This document shows, in pieces, positions 39,301 to 52,528 of a stretch of DNA of 64,000 nucleotides. The first letter of the stretch is position 1. Each line of letters begins with the position of its first letter. The notes under the pieces were generated by a model. That model did no database searches. It saw only the letters and a list, made by a program, of their open reading frames with translations, and had not been told where the DNA came from. Made by a program: the position numbers and the translations under genes. Source of the stretch: Mesotaenium endlicherianum (taxonomy: Eukaryota); assembly GCA_009602735.1 (NCBI GenBank), contig WELA01001229.1, positions 10,853 to 74,852 on the forward strand, read 5' to 3'.

Positions 39301-40667
39301 ACCAAGAAGTCTTCTTGTTTAGAGCTGCTGCTGTCAGACCCAGACTCAGAGTTAGAAAAAACTTCCTTGCCTTTCTTGCTAGACATAGGCTTGCCTTGAA
39401 ACATGAATTCGCTTCTTACTTCAGGGACTACTACTTTGTTTTAGCCTGCAGGTTTGCACTTCTTCTTGTTAAGTTGGCTTTTAGAGTTTCGGGTTTAGTT
39501 GACTTTTAACAAGGCTAGTTTCAGTCCCTTCAACTTTGTACTAACTTGTGTGTCCAAAATGGCTGCCTAAGACAGTCTAAAATATGCCTGAGGGTCATCT
39601 TGACTCTCGAGTGCTTTTTCCGCCTCTGGCTGCTCTTGCTGCTCATTTGTCTGCTGGTATACTCCCTCAGAAAATCCATGGATCTCTCAGAGTTTTTCTT
39701 AATGCTCCCTTCAACAAACTCCTGCGTAAAGTTCTGTCTAGACTTATCATACATGAAGATCACTTGATAAACGACGCCATGGCTCTTTTGGGCCTCAATT
39801 CGCTTCTTCATCACCCCCTCTAACAACACTTCATTTCTTGCACTCAAAAGTCAACTTTAACCTTGCTGGAAGGTCAACTTTAAGCGGCTCTCTCTTTATT
39901 TTCACCCGGAAGGCAATATTTATTGACATGATCCTTCCTATAAGATCAACGCAATCTTCAATTACCAGTCAATGGTTGACTTCGACTTAGTTTTTCCTAC
40001 TTTGTGTTTTTATCCGCTGTAGGGAATTATTGATGTTTATAGAAAATAGAAATACTCGAGTGTTTTATAGTGGCTGGTCAAGTACTGTATTGCAGCTGGT
40101 GGAAGACTGTGAGGGTCAAAGGAGGAGGACATTGCGAACCATGAGGTAGACTACATTTCGCGAATTATAGTTACTAGTAAAGGCCAACAATGCATTTTCT
40201 TTAAGGTGCGTTTCGCCATCCGTCATGTTTTGTGTTTGCTGCATACATCTTGTACATGACGGTGCCCACACTACTCAAGTGGGACACATGAGTGCTTGAC
40301 ACAAATTTTTAATCCAGTGAGAGCACACATTGAGATGCTCAATGCAGAGCACAGCAATCACGTGTACAGTGGATTGCTGTGGGATGCTCAATACTACCCG
40401 CATTTGAAATCGATGAAATTTGTGAGTATTTGTCGACTGATCATTGTGTTAGAGAAATGATATTATTGTATAGCATTTCACACCTGACAAGACCTGGTGG
40501 AAAAGTTAGTTCAAGAATTGTAAGGGAACATCCAATTATCTGCCGCACCCGGCACCCGGCACCCGGCATTTCTACAAAACAAATGCTAAATAGTGTACAC
40601 AGCCTTACTGAAGCGTGCACTTCACTTCTAAGGCACTACGTAGCCATAGCCGGACATATATTTCAGG

Positions 40668-43600
40668 TCAGGGTTCAGGTTGATTGTCTCTATGTCTCGC
40701 GTAAAGAGCCGACAAATCAACAAGATGCCTCATGGTTGGCCTCCCATGGGGGCAATTCCATGGAGCATGCAAGGTTGCAAGGTTGCTGGTAATCTGCGGC
40801 AAGACTACACAAATGCTGGTCAGAAAGTCGACAGTGAGACTGTATCCTGCATAAACAAAGTAGAAAAGCTCTGTGGAAATCCATCTGATCATCATGCAGA
40901 TAGTCATATCCTTACTAAAACAAGCAGGAAGTGAAGCGTTGCTCATGTAAGGCATGGCCTCTACCTTCAGCATCTGTGCCTTGTTGAGTGCAGTACCAAT
41001 CATGACCGAGGAGCGACATGCTCTTGAAGCAAGCAGTGCCCTCACACGACTAGGTCTCGCCGTCCCTGCAAGGACCTCGGTGGTCTGCCTTGCGTCTGAG
41101 AATCCCTGAACCTCCCCCTCAATGGGCAGCGGAGCATCAGCCAGGAGAGATATGAGCTCGTGGACATCTGCACATGGGGACAGAGATACACGTGCATGAC
41201 GACAAAGGGAAGGACGTGAGAAGACAGCACACAGCTGCAGGCCTGTGGGGAAAATACACAACGTTGAACACTGGGATCAGAGCAGGGAGTGAGCAGCTCT
41301 GTACCAGCGATGCCAAAAGTGACGGACTTGGTGAAGGGCACCGACACAAGGCGCAGGCGCCTCCCTGCGGGTGCCTCTGCCACCTCCTCAAACTCAAACC
41401 CATTGCGCCTGCCATCCGTCCATCACCCACCTCACATAGCAAGCAGTGAGACAGTCCTGTGCTGGGCACCTGCCAATATCCAACCTCCCACCAGGCAGGC
41501 AGGCAAGGCATGCTTCGGCGAGGGCATACGGGGAGGAGATAATAAGCCAACCTGAAAGTGTCGCGGTGGGCAGCAACTGTGAGCTCCTCCGCCGCCGTCA
41601 GCTCCACTGGCAGCGGCCTGCAGTACCTCCCTCTCCCTCTTCGTCACAGCCATCCATCTGATATGGGAGGGGGGGGGGAAGTGCATGCTATCATGTCAAG
41701 CAAGGCGTACATGAGGAGAGGCTGGCGATTGAGAGTGACGGTGGCGCTGAGCCGCTCAAAGTTGTACTTCTCGTCTGATGCATGCTGCCAATAATAAGAG
41801 CTCCCACCCCCCAGCCACAGAAGACGGTCAGCCAGCCGAACTGGACCTGTGCTTGATAGTGAGCATGCTGCAATCGACAGTAAACATGCAGCCAGTGAAA
41901 TGACGCCGCCCGTTGACAAAGCCAGCTGAAGCACACCAGCAAGAGAGCACCTGGTCAATGATGAAGATGTCGTCGTCCAGCCGCGTGAGAATGAAGCCCA
42001 GGTTGAACTGGCCGAGGACATGCATGCGCGTGAAGTCGCCCTTGGAGATGCAGCGCTGCAGCTCACACGCTGCTGCTTCCAGCGCTTCCTCCTTGCCTCC
42101 TCCTCCTCCTCCCGCTCCTGCTCCACCTGTTGCTGCTGTTACGTCCCCATTGCCAATGGTTGCAGCTGCAAACCGCCTGTTGACCAGGAGAAAAACCACT
42201 TAAGATGTGAGAACAAGAGAAGGAGGCTTGCATGCAGGGCACCATGCTTGCACACAACCGGCCAGCTGTCTGGCTGGCTGGCTGGCTGGCTGAGTGACTG
42301 ACCTGCGCCGCTTGGAGTTGGTTGCCCGACTGGCATGGCTGCTCCAGCCGCTCGACGATGATAGCGACGGCAGGGGCAGGCCGCGCTTGCGGCGGGTGCG
42401 GAGGCTCAGGACATCCAGCGGCACCACCACGTCGTCGTGCGCGGCGTCGTACGCATCCGCCTCGTCCTCCCCCTTCTGCTGAGAAACCCGCGGTTTCAGG
42501 AATCCAATGGGAACACATTCGTCATCGTCGTCATCATTAACGTCTGTGCTCGCCTTCAAAGGACTGCCTTCATCTGCGCATGCCACGCCCTCGTCCTCCT
42601 GAAGCAAGGCGCTTCCAGAAAGACCATGGTGTACGCACTTATCACTCATAAAGGCGTCGCAGTCTCCTGAACGGGCTGCAGCTGCTGCTGTAGCTGCTCT
42701 GCTGTCAAATCCAAACCTGCCTAACGTACTCTGCCCACTTCTCCGCTGCTGCTGCTGCTGCTGCTGCGGTGCTTTACTGAGCTGGAAGAGGTCAAGTGCT
42801 TTAGAGGAGGGTGGCACCCGCTGCAGCTGGGTCTTGCAACCCTCCCCATGTGCTGCATCTGCTGCTGCCTCCTCCGCCCGTTGAGGACTCACTAAGGGCG
42901 AGGGTGGCCCCAAGCTGCTGTTCCTTTGCTGGATATCGCGTGTCATTCTCCCTATGGGGATGTCCTCCTCCTCCTCCTCCGCCCCCTTATCTTCATCTCC
43001 ATCACCTTTCCTTAAGTGTTGTTCTTGAGGACCCTGGTCTGTTTCGTCACTGCTCATGCCAGCCATGTGATGGTCGTCGTTGGTCAGCACGGAGAGGGGA
43101 GGCGAGCGTGAAGGAACCCTCCCCTGCATAGCAGCAGTAGGCACAGCGTCCAGGTGGCCGCCCACCGTGTTGGTGGTGCCGCGGCCTGGAGGGAGAGAGC
43201 TGACGCTGAAGGCGTACTGGGAGGGCGCCAGCACCTCGTGCAGGGCGTGCCGCAGGCCCGCCAGCAGCGCCGCCTCGGCATGCAGCATCACGCGCCGCTT
43301 GTCTGGTGTCACGTTGACGTCGTATGACTGCGTCGGCAGCGTGAAGTTGAGAATGGCCATGGGGTATTGCAGCGAGTTGTATGCCCTGCTCCCCCACCCG
43401 CCCACCCGCCCCCACCTTAAGTTCGTCAAAAGACATACACACGTGCGTGCGTGTCTCTTATTGATTGAGGTCATCACGCGCAACCAAAGGAGCAGCAGCT
43501 GTGTGTGGTGTCCCTCCCTCCCCCCCTCCCTCCCTCCGTCCGTCATACCTGTACACTTCGTTCAGCAACTTGCCAACCTTGGGGAGGTCCACGGGACGCC

Positions 43601-45100
43601 CATTAATGAAGAACAGCTGCCGGTCAGCAGAGGCACGGCCGGAGCCAGCACCGGGCTTGGAAACAAAGCCGTGCACTTGACAAATGTCCCCCAGAGTGGC
43701 CTCCATGGGCGTCAAGCAGGTGGCAGTCTTAGAGCTGAAGACGGACACAATGTTGTCCTTGAGGCTGCCTCTGCCCTGCGTCTGCACCAGCACGGAGCGC
43801 GGCGCCTTCCCCACCACATTGGTGCACAGCATCCTCACCTCTGTCGCCACCACCGCATATGCCTGCTCAACCTCCCGCCCGCATGTGCCTCCTTATCATG
43901 TTCATGTTGTGTGCACACGCTGCCAGTAGGAGTGACAACCCCCAGCAGAGGATGACGGACCAACCTGCAGCAAGGAAGCCAGGCGGCCGTACTCGCGCTT
44001 CACATTGCGCAAGAACTCGCGATGGCGCACAGGAAGGGGCGCAAACAGGTGCGCAAGCGCCACCGTGGTGCCCACAGCCCGCGCGCAACTGCTCTGCTTT
44101 ACCAGCTGGCCCGCGTGGTCGTACTGCAGCCGCGCAGCCACGGCCTCTGCCGCTGTGCGCGTGGTCACCGTGACGTCCGCCAACGCGCACAGCGAGCTCA
44201 GCGCCTCGCCCCGGAATCCAAACGAGCTGAGCGTCTGCAGGTCCGTGAATGCGGCAATCTTGGATGTGTGGTACTTGAGCGTCAACCCCTGCACCCCCAG
44301 CCACCACCCCGCTGCAGCAAACAAATAACTATGCCTTCCTAGACACCAGACCTATCGACTCGTCATTGCAGGTGCCGTGCTCCACAAGGATCATAGTCGC
44401 TACATGTGAAAAGTGAGGCGAGGAATGACACCTGGTAATTGGCGGGGGACACACCGGGCCCATTATCGGCAACTTCGATGAGCTCCGACCCGTACTCCTT
44501 AAGCTTCACCTCCACGATGCTGGCTCCCGCGTCCAGGCTGTTCTCCACCAGCTCCTTCACTGCTGCTGCCAGATCCAATATCACCTGCATGCACGCATGT
44601 GGACGAGCATATTTCCTTCTGCGCACTTCAGCCCTCCCATCTTTTCTATGTTCATACAGATAACTTTTCCTAGCCAGGTGCCCAATAAAGCAAGTACTTA
44701 TACAAGGAGTTAGAGAACAGCAAAACGTTCACACTTCTCGATGAAAGCTTGTGTGGGTGTGCTCTTCACCAGTACGCTCAGTGGCCGTCGGCTCAGTGCA
44801 GGTCTGGGTTCAACGTGCACTTTCTCAAACGTCTGTGAACCTCCTTAGCTGTTATTCTCTTCATTTAATCTATCCTCCGACTCTGCAAACTCATGCCGGC
44901 TTCGCCTCCCAGTATAATGCCTAACATCAGTTCTGACTGCCAACACACTTCCTCGACGGTAATAAAAAAGAACCCCACATTAAGAGAGGCTCGTGAACAT
45001 GCGCCATGTCGGCTTTTCTTACCTGGCCTGAGCATATCCTGTGAATGGCTGCCTTCTGTATAGGCTTAATAGACAAAGCCTCAGTCCCGCTAGGCTCCAT
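40668..45100 (-). CDS. PMS1: MutL-family mismatch repair endonuclease PMS1 (PMS2 orthologue), 11 exons
   Basis: Exons: 45100-45023, 44584-44432, 44288-43965, 43862-43549, 43385-42303, 42176-41951, 41784-41711, 41617-41552, 41408-41305, 41167-40965, 40793-40668. Motifs [71 protein letters not shown]. Confidence 0.96.
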
Positions 45101-45820
45101 GTTCTCAATATCCCGTTAGTTCTGAACCTGTTCGATATACTCCCAGCGCCTTCTAGCTGGGAGGAGACACTCTGCATGGAGTCACGAAAGTCACCTTGAG
45201 CCATGCAACAAACGCAGGACTACTTTGAGGATCTGCCGCATATCAAATAAACTTCACAAAGAGACCAGTGTGCCACTAAGAGACTATACTCGCACTCATG
45301 CACAAGAGGGGGAGGCTCTGTTAGCATGCTAAATTGCGATAACATGTCCACGGCATCCATCAAGGTTACATTTGCACGAACTGGTGTGAACATTGGAAAG
45401 TTCGTACCCTCCCCCGCTGCCAGCTTTCTTTACAGCTGGGGCTTCGACTCAGAACACTTGTGCCCGGTCGTGGGGAGGGCTGAGAAGGCTTGCTGAAATT
45501 CGCAAACTAGTTCCTTCGTTTGAAGTCGCACGTTTTACGTATAGTGAGCACCTATGCATCGCACTATATGCGTTCAAACAAGGAAACAGAAAACTCTCTT
45601 TCGCGTTAACCCTGGTAAACGTGGGCATTGATACGCCTGTTGCTATCCTAGTTGCACCTGTTTTGAAAGGGGATACGAAAACGGCGCTCTCACTAACCGA
45701 CTCTCGCCCGTGTGTTTAAGACCAAACAACGAACAACCCCTCAAATTCCCTTAAAGACACCTTTGTGAGCCGTCTCCTTCTTGCCCCCCTCCCTTCCCGC
45801 CGTGTCTGCGATCCTCCTAG

Positions 45821-46141
45821 TGTTAAGGTTGCGATTGCAACCTTAAAATGACAGAAAGACTGACAAGAAATTTGCGATGAAAGTGGTTGTTTATGAGAAT
45901 TGAAAATTTGTTACAATGTTTTGGACAGCCGTTAAATGAGACTTGTCCTTTGGCGGCTATCTGCTAGGCGCCGCCAAAATATTCGTAAAGAACGTGCTAA
46001 TAAAGTAGACATTTATCAATTCACGTGCTAGATGTTCCTATCGAGCCGCCTATATCGCGGAAGCTTGTATATAGGAAGTCTATTACTGATTTCTAATTGA
46101 TCTATCTGCTACGTAAGCGTACATCCTATGTGTACATTACA
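45821..46141 (-). mobile_element. Putative 3' LTR (321 bp) of a further LTR element (F), whose body is displaced rightward by element D
   Basis: TG...CA termini (TGTTA...TTACA) directly abutting a C-run at 46145-46153 (PPT on the minus strand), the same layout as element C's 3' end. No partner LTR in the window. Confidence 0.6.
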
Positions 46142-47660
46142 CTACCCCCCCCCATGAAAGAAAGCGTCAAGCCAGTTAAATTGGTTCGCGATGATGATAG
46201 GGCTTCAAACTCAGGATGTGATTAATGTGGGTTGTGTGTGGATTGGCAAGGAGGTTGTAATGAATCAGTATATTGGATATATATAATATTCATTTAAATA
46301 TAACAGTTAATTGCATTCAGCCTGCTGAACTTTAGTTAATATTTAGTCTGCTAAATATTTGATACTTAGTTAAATGACTCAGTCAAGATGTAGTGAAACA
46401 GATAGATAAAGTACTTAGTAAAACAGAATACTTTATCTATTCAAGACAAGGATCTTTGAACACAAGTGGTAGCTTCTTGAAAGAGAGATGGCTTCTTGAA
46501 AGTTAATATATTTCTGGATTTTGGCAAGTACAAGAGTAATTCTGGAATGTCTTTCTATGTTCTAGCTCTTGTTTATATACTTGCTACATAAGTAATTTCT
46601 AGGAAGGTGTATGTTGATGTGTTGGCACCCAACACATCCCAAAACTTGCCACCTCTTTCTAGAATAATGTACACATGTCCTTTTGACCTAAAAATGGCAC
46701 ATTTGACTTTTGCCACATGGAGTTCTTCTAGGTCTTTCCTCTAACTTCGAAAATGCCTTGGAAGGTTCAAAGGACATGAACCAAGTTACTAGAGTACCTA
46801 TTCACACTTGACTCCACACAATACTACTCCAAATATATTTGAAAACATTAAAATATATGCAAACTAATGTATAATAACTCAAATCACTACATCACCCCCC
46901 CCATAGAAAAAGCGACGTCTCGGCGCGTCAAGTCAGGTTTTACACATGTGGAGCAAACTAGTCAACAGTTTCAAGTCAGATGCCCCACATGTGAAGAGGA
47001 CTAGTCAAAGGCGCCAAGTCAGGTGCTACACATGTAAGGTAGACTAGGCAAGGTCGTAGGTGGTGTGACCTTATTGGCTAGCCTACTCCTTAATGATAAA
47101 GAAAATTGTACAAGTTGGCCCAGAATCTGCCACGAACTCAAAAATTCATAGCGGCCACAGAACTGCTCCAAATCTGAAAATTCGAGTGCCAGACGGACCG
47201 CGTCGGAGAACTCTACCGGGTCACCAAATTTGAGAGCATTCTCATTTCTGGAGTGTCGTTGAGAGCTGAGAGAGTAGGCACTCCTCCAAATCTGTGCAGA
47301 AACTTCTGAAAATCATAAGTCCTTCTATACTTCTCCAAATTCTGCAAACTAAGTCTCAAACTGGGCGCTGTAAGATGTTCTACCAGAGTCTTGAGTTTCA
47401 GAGCATTCCAAGTTCAGGGGAGGGCACAATGTCAGAAGGCATATTCTGCCCTAACAATGCCAGCAGCCTGACCCCCTTCTACTTAGAGCATCATATCTCT
47501 CTCACCAGTGCTCCAAATTGAGCAAACTTGGACTCTAAATGACCGGCTACTCATGGACTACAGCCAGGTAAATTTTCAGAATTTATTATGCAGAGACCTA
47601 TCACCAGTAGCAGTTTTAGTTTTCTGTCCAGAAACTGCGAGAAGAGAAGAGTGTCTAATG

Positions 47661-50600
47661 TCAATTTTTCCTCTTTCTTGTTCTTGCAGGCTGCCTCCAA
47701 GGGGTCTTCTGCTGCTTCTTGATGGTGGCAGGCTGCCTCCCTGAAGTCTTCGGGCTTCTAGTAGAGAGACTTGGGGCTGGTCCAAGATGGGGGTTGGCGG
47801 CATGGAAGCGCTTCAACTTTCTCTGAACTTTGTCAAGGTAGTGCGCCGCCACCCAACTATTCTCCGAATCTGGATATCCTTTCCACTTGATCAAGTATTG
47901 CTGCTGTCTCCTGAAATTTCTCATAGCCACTATGTCTTCCACTTCGTACTCCAAATGATCATCCACTATTGTTGGGGCTGGTGGGGTTGTCACACGTCCT
48001 GGGAACTTGTTGTCGGGTTGCACATATGGCTTGAAGAGGGAAGCGTGGAATACGGGGTCGATGTGCATAGTCTGGGGAAGTTCTAGCTTGAAAGCAACGG
48101 GGTTGACTTGCTGGATAATCTTGAAGGGTCCCAAATACTTGGGAGAGAACTTGCTGCCGGCAGGCCTGTTGTTCAGGGAAATGTTCTTGGATGATAGTAA
48201 CACGTTGTCACCCACTCTGTACGTAATTTCTCTTCTGGATCTGTTCGCCACTCTTGCTTGAGCATCTTGCGCGTGTTGTAGAGCTTTCTTCGCTGCTGTA
48301 AGGGCTGCTTCTAATGTCTCCATAAAATCTGTGGCTGCAGGTACTTCATCATGGCCAGCCGTGAAGCTCAGTGGCGTGGTCGGATGGAAGCCATAGTTGA
48401 GGAAGAATGGGGACTCTTGGGTAGAGGCCTGCGTAGTGTTGTTGTAGGCAAACTCGAGGGGGGTCAAGTACATGTCCCAGTCTTGCTCGAGGGTAGACAC
48501 GTAGGCCTTTAGAGAGGTCTTTAGGGTACGATTCATACGCTCGGTTTGCCCATCTGATTGTGGGTGGTAGGCAGTAGACATATCCAGCGATGTACCCAAG
48601 TTCTTGAAGAGATTTTTCCAGAAATGGCTTGTGAATCTTGGATCTCTATCTGACACAATTCTTGATGGTAGTCCATGGAGTCGGAAGATGTTGTCAAAGA
48701 TGAGTCTTGCAAGTTGTGGTGCTGTAGCCTTAGTCGTCGTGGGAATAAAATGAGCCATCTTGGTAAGTCTGTCCACCGCCGTGAGTATTGCATTATGGCC
48801 TCGAGGTGTCACGGGCAAGTCCACGATAAGGTCCATTGAGATGTCCGTCCATTGTCTTTCGGGGATTGGTAGTGGTTGGAGGAGTCCTCCCGCCTTTTGC
48901 GATGATGGCTTGATTCTTTGGCATGTGTCACAGCTCCTGCAGTACTCCTTGACTTGCTTAGACATGCCTGGCCAACAATAAGTCCTAGCTAGAACGCCCG
49001 TGGTCCTTAGGATTCCAAAGTGTCCTCCAAGAGGGTTGTCGTGTGCTTCTCGTAGAAGCAAGAGCCGGAGGTCTAAGTCATTAGGAACACATCTCTGGCC
49101 CGTATCTTGCCTCACCCAATAATTGCCTTCTTGCTTCTTGCATGGGTCCAAGGCTGCTTCTCCGTTCTTGTAGTAAGGGTCTCTTTCATAGGCGGCTGAA
49201 AATCGAGCTTCCAGATCTGTCTTCAGGGATACCATCACTGCATTTAATTGCAGTCTTGAGAGGGGGTCAGCCGGGTTTGTCTTGCCGGGCTGGTACTGAA
49301 TCGTGATGTTGTATTGTTGCAAGTATCCGCTCCATCTTGCTTGTCTCCTTGAGAGATACGGCTGCGTTTGGAGGTGCTTTAACGCCTCGTGGTCCGTGGT
49401 GACCAGTACTTTGCGTCCTTCAACGTAGCAGCGCCAAACCTTCAAGGCATGTACAATCGCCAATGCCTCTCGCTCCGTGGTTGTATAATTTTGCTCGGCT
49501 GGATTTAGCTTCCTTGACTCGTAGGCGATGGGCTGCAGTCCCTTGCCTTGGTCTTGAAGCAGGATTGCTCCTATTGCATAGGAAGATGCATCGGTGATGA
49601 CGTGGAAGGGCCAATCTGGGTTTGGACTTGGGAGTGTGAGCACCGGGGATGTGGTCAATCTTCGCTTTAACTCTTGAAATGCCTCTTCCTCTTTCTCGGT
49701 CCATGTATATAGCCTGTCCTTCTTGAGTAGATCTGTCAGGGGGGCTGCTATGTGCGAGAAGCCTTGGATGAATTTTCTGTACCAATTGGCAAATCCCAAG
49801 AATGACTGGAGTTCTTTCTTGGTCGTGGGGGTTGGCCATTCCTCCACCACCGTGGTCTTCTTGGGGTCTATCTTGATGCCATCAGCAGTCACGTGGAGAC
49901 CTAGGAACTCCACTTCTTGTTTGGCAAACTCGCATTTTGACTCCTTCGCAAACAGCTTGTTTTGCTTCAATACTTCAAGGACTTCTTTCAAGTGTCTCGC
50001 ATGCTCTTCAAGGGTCTTGCTGTAGATAAGGATGTCATCGATGAATACCACCACAAATCTGTCCAACATGGGCTGAAATATGGTGTTCATCATAGTCATG
50101 AAAGTTGCTGGCGCGTTGGTGAGTCCAAATGGCAGGACCATGAACTCAAAATGTCCATATCTTGTCCTGAATGCCGTCTTCTCTATGTCCGGTTCTGCGA
50201 TGCGAATCTGGTGGTAGCCGCTCCGTAAGTCAATCTTCGTGAAGTACTTGGCTCCAACCAGCCGGTCCATGAGCTCATCCATGCGCGGCAGCGGGTATCG
50301 ATTCTTGATGGTGATCTTGTTGAGGGCGCGATAGTCCACACACATCCTCAAGGTACCATCTTTCTTCTTGACAAATAGCACCGGGGCTCCAAATGGCGAC
50401 TTGCTAGGTCGAATGAAGCCATGCTCCAGTAGCTCCTTGATTTGCTTCTTGACTTCGTCTAGCTCCGTGTATGACATTTTGAACGTAGGCCGAGAGATGG
50501 GCTTGCTTCCGGGCTCCAACTCTATCTTGTGGTCTACGAATCTTTTGGGGGGTAGGCCCTTGGGCAATTCCGGGGAGAACACTTCTTTGTAGTCCTCTAA

Positions 50601-51269
50601 GACTTCTTGTATCTCCTTGGGAACGGGGCTGCCTTCTTGACTCACTTCTTGACTCTCGATGTCTTTTGGCGTGATCAAGGTCAAAAGAAGCTCGTGTCCC
50701 TTCCTCACAAGTCTCTTGAGTTGGAGGGCGGACAATAGTATCTCGTGTGCCGGCTTCTGGATGTCTTGGGTCTGGATATTCTGGATTGCGCGCAAAATAC
50801 AGATTCTTGAAGTGATGTCATTCTTGATCTTGATAGTACCGGTCCTCCAATCAACTTGGGGGTTGTGCTTGGTCAACCAAGGCGTCCCTAGGATGACGTC
50901 GTACTTGCCCAATTGCATGGGGGAGAACACTACTCTATCCTTGAAGGACTTGATAGAGAGTGCCAAGGGGTACGTCTTCTTGGAAGGGGTAGTATAGGAG
51001 AATCCATCGGGCATCATAATCTCCTCGTCGTGGTCAAGAGTTCGCATAGTAATACCGTGCTTGGTGGCAAAATCTGCAGCAATGAAGTTGCCTTGAGCTC
51101 CGCTATCCACCAAGATGTGGACCTTCTCTCCTCCAAGGTAACCTCTCAAACTCATTGGGGCTGGAACGTCGTCTTCAACGGGGGTCTCCACCTCACTTGG
51201 CGTGTTGCCTTCTCGTGAAGTGGGTCTTGGGGTGGTAGGCTCCTGGCCTACCGGCGCTGTCCGTTTTTT
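47661..51269 (-). CDS. pol: Element C pol (PR-RT-RNaseH-IN-chromodomain), probably expressed by -1 frameshift
   Basis: Uninterrupted [43 protein letters not shown]...[15 protein letters not shown]. Confidence 0.96.
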   Translation of the reverse strand, partial: KKRTAPVGQEPTTPRPTSREGNTPSEVETPVEDDVPAPMSLRGYLGGEKVHILVDSGAQGNFIAADFATKHGITMRTLDHDEEIMMPDGFSYTTPSKKTYPLALSIKSFKDRVVFSPMQLGKYDVILGTPWLTKHNPQVDWRTGTIKIKNDITSRICILRAIQNIQTQDIQKPAHEILLSALQLKRLVRKGHELLLTLITPKDIESQEVSQEGSPVPKEIQEVLEDYKEVFSPELPKGLPPKRFVDHKIELEPGSKPISRPTFKMSYTELDEVKKQIKELLEHGFIRPSKSPFGAPVLFVKKKDGTLRMCVDYRALNKITIKNRYPLPRMDELMDRLVGAKYFTKIDLRSGYHQIRIAEPDIEKTAFRTRYGHFEFMVLPFGLTNAPATFMTMMNTIFQPMLDRFVVVFIDDILIYSKTLEEHARHLKEVLEVLKQNKLFAKESKCEFAKQEVEFLGLHVTADGIKIDPKKTTVVEEWPTPTTKKELQSFLGFANWYRKFIQGFSHIAAPLTDLLKKDRLYTWTEKEEEAFQELKRRLTTSPVLTLPSPNPDWPFHVITDASSYAIGAILLQDQGKGLQPIAYESRKLNPAEQNYTTTEREALAIVHALKVWRCYVEGRKVLVTTDHEALKHLQTQPYLSRRQARWSGYLQQYNITIQYQPGKTNPADPLSRLQLNAVMVSLKTDLEARFSAAYERDPYYKNGEAALDPCKKQEGNYWVRQDTGQRCVPNDLDLRLLLLREAHDNPLGGHFGILRTTGVLARTYCWPGMSKQVKEYCRSCDTCQRIKPSSQKAGGLLQPLPIPERQWTDISMDLIVDLPVTPRGHNAILTAVDRLTKMAHFIPTTTKATAPQLARLIFDNIFRLHGLPSRIVSDRDPRFTSHFWKNLFKNLGTSLDMSTAYHPQSDGQTERMNRTLKTSLKAYVSTLEQDWDMYLTPLEFAYNNTTQASTQESPFFLNYGFHPTTPLSFTAGHDEVPAATDFMETLEAALTAAKKALQHAQDAQARVANRSRREITYRVGDNVLLSSKNISLNNRPAGSKFSPKYLGPFKIIQQVNPVAFKLELPQTMHIDPVFHASLFKPYVQPDNKFPGRVTTPPAPTIVDDHLEYEVEDIVAMRNFRRQQQYLIKWKGYPDSENSWVAAHYLDKVQRKLKRFHAANPHLGPAPSLSTRSPKTSGRQPATIKKQQKTPWRQPARTRKRKN
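51234..51269 (-). promoter_or_regulatory. Candidate -1 programmed ribosomal frameshift signal
   Basis: Slippery A AAA AAC (51269-51263) in gag phase, then hairpin GGTAGGC-CAGGA-GCCTACC (51252-51234). pol lies in the -1 frame. Confidence 0.7.
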
Positions 51270-52528
51270 GACAACTTTTTGGGGCATGAAAGTGCACGAT
51301 GGCCCTTTTCCTTGCAATAGAAGCATAGTCCAGCCGTCATGAGAGCTTCTTTTTCAGCCGGGGAGAGTCTTGCTTTCACTCCTTGCTGGTTTCTTGCATC
51401 ATAAGTGTCATTGGAGGGTCTTCCACTCTTCCGGGCAGCCGCGGGGTCCCTTTTAATAACTCCGATTTCCATGGGTGTGGGTCCAGATTCGGATGTGGAA
51501 GGGGCTGCGTACACCCGCGTCGTCGGTACCCGTGAAGATGAAGGCACGGAGTGCTTGAAATCCAAGGTATCCACCTTTTGGGCCACTTCAATGATCTTTG
51601 AGAAGTCCGTCAAGTCGCGTAACTCCACTTCCTTTGCCACCTTGGGTTTGAGGCCAAAGATGTAACGGTCAATCTTCTCCTCGAGAGACATGTTGGGGAT
51701 CTCAAGAGTGAGGGCGTGAAATCTGGATGTATACTCTTGAACGGACGTCGTTTGCTTGAGATGGTGGAGCTTTCCTCGGGCAATCTTCTCCGCATTGATG
51801 GGCATGAATTGCTTCTTGAGGGCCTCACGAAAATCTGCCCATCTTGCATATGATGGTGGGGGCTCTTGGCCGAGCATGGGGTGCGCCATAGCTTGATATA
51901 TAGCCGCTTGATAGTTACGCCACCATGATGTTGCTGCTCCTCTAAGTAAGGTAACGGCAAAGGGAACGTAGTCCTCCTCGGGTACTTCAAGGAATGCGAG
52001 GTACGTCTCCACTTGGTAGAGCCATAAATTCAGGTTGGCACCTTTCCCGGGGTTGAAAGTGTCGGGTTTGCCGGGCTTGATGAGTTTCCTTGCTCTCGTT
52101 GGCTCTTGTGGAGGCGCTTGAGCCGGGGCTGGATTTTGAGCATTGCTCGCAATAGGGGCAACCATGGCAGCCATAGCTTCTCTTGACGCTTGCACGGTTG
52201 CTTCATAGGTGGCCAAGCCCACTTGGTTGTGGACGGTCATTAGGAAGGCTGCCCACTCATTTGCGGGAACTCCTTGTGGTGGGGTCAACTTTGCTATAGC
52301 GGCTGCCACGGGATTTGACGGTGCTCCTCCTTGTGGTGCTTCTTGTTGTTGGAGATTTCCTTGAGTAGGCTCTCCCATCGACGCTGGAGGAGGGTGTGCT
52401 CCTCCTTGTGGTGCTTCTTGTTGTTGCAGATTTTCTTGAGTGGGCTCTCCCATCGGCGCTGGAGGAGGGTGTCTTGGAGAGGAAGGGCTTCCTTCGAAAG
52501 CTTGCTGTTGGTCTTGAGGATCGGCCAT
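51248..52528 (-). CDS. gag: Element C gag
   Basis: 426-aa ORF with [18 protein letters not shown] and [14 protein letters not shown]; duplicated 25-aa N-terminal repeat. Confidence 0.95.
   Translation of the reverse strand: MADPQDQQQAFEGSPSSPRHPPPAPMGEPTQENLQQQEAPQGGAHPPPASMGEPTQGNLQQQEAPQGGAPSNPVAAAIAKLTPPQGVPANEWAAFLMTVHNQVGLATYEATVQASREAMAAMVAPIASNAQNPAPAQAPPQEPTRARKLIKPGKPDTFNPGKGANLNLWLYQVETYLAFLEVPEEDYVPFAVTLLRGAATSWWRNYQAAIYQAMAHPMLGQEPPPSYARWADFREALKKQFMPINAEKIARGKLHHLKQTTSVQEYTSRFHALTLEIPNMSLEEKIDRYIFGLKPKVAKEVELRDLTDFSKIIEVAQKVDTLDFKHSVPSSSRVPTTRVYAAPSTSESGPTPMEIGVIKRDPAAARKSGRPSNDTYDARNQQGVKARLSPAEKEALMTAGLCFYCKEKGHRALSCPKKLSKNGQRR

Noticed and set aside
36900..40200. Possible TE or gene between the amidase and PMS1 (acidic/basic ORF fragments at 39111-39847, minus strand)
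   Set aside because: No recognisable domain, termini or TSD found by eye; left unannotated.
46927..47052. Three ~43-bp imperfect repeats (CAAGTCAG...CACATGT...ACTAG) near C's PPT
   Set aside because: Ordinary 3' UTR tandem repeats of an LTR element; no independent function can be supported.
47294..51218. Plus-strand ORFs antisense to element C pol and 3' UTR
   Set aside because: Short shadow ORFs without motifs; their recurrence at 62-63 kb simply reflects copy E.
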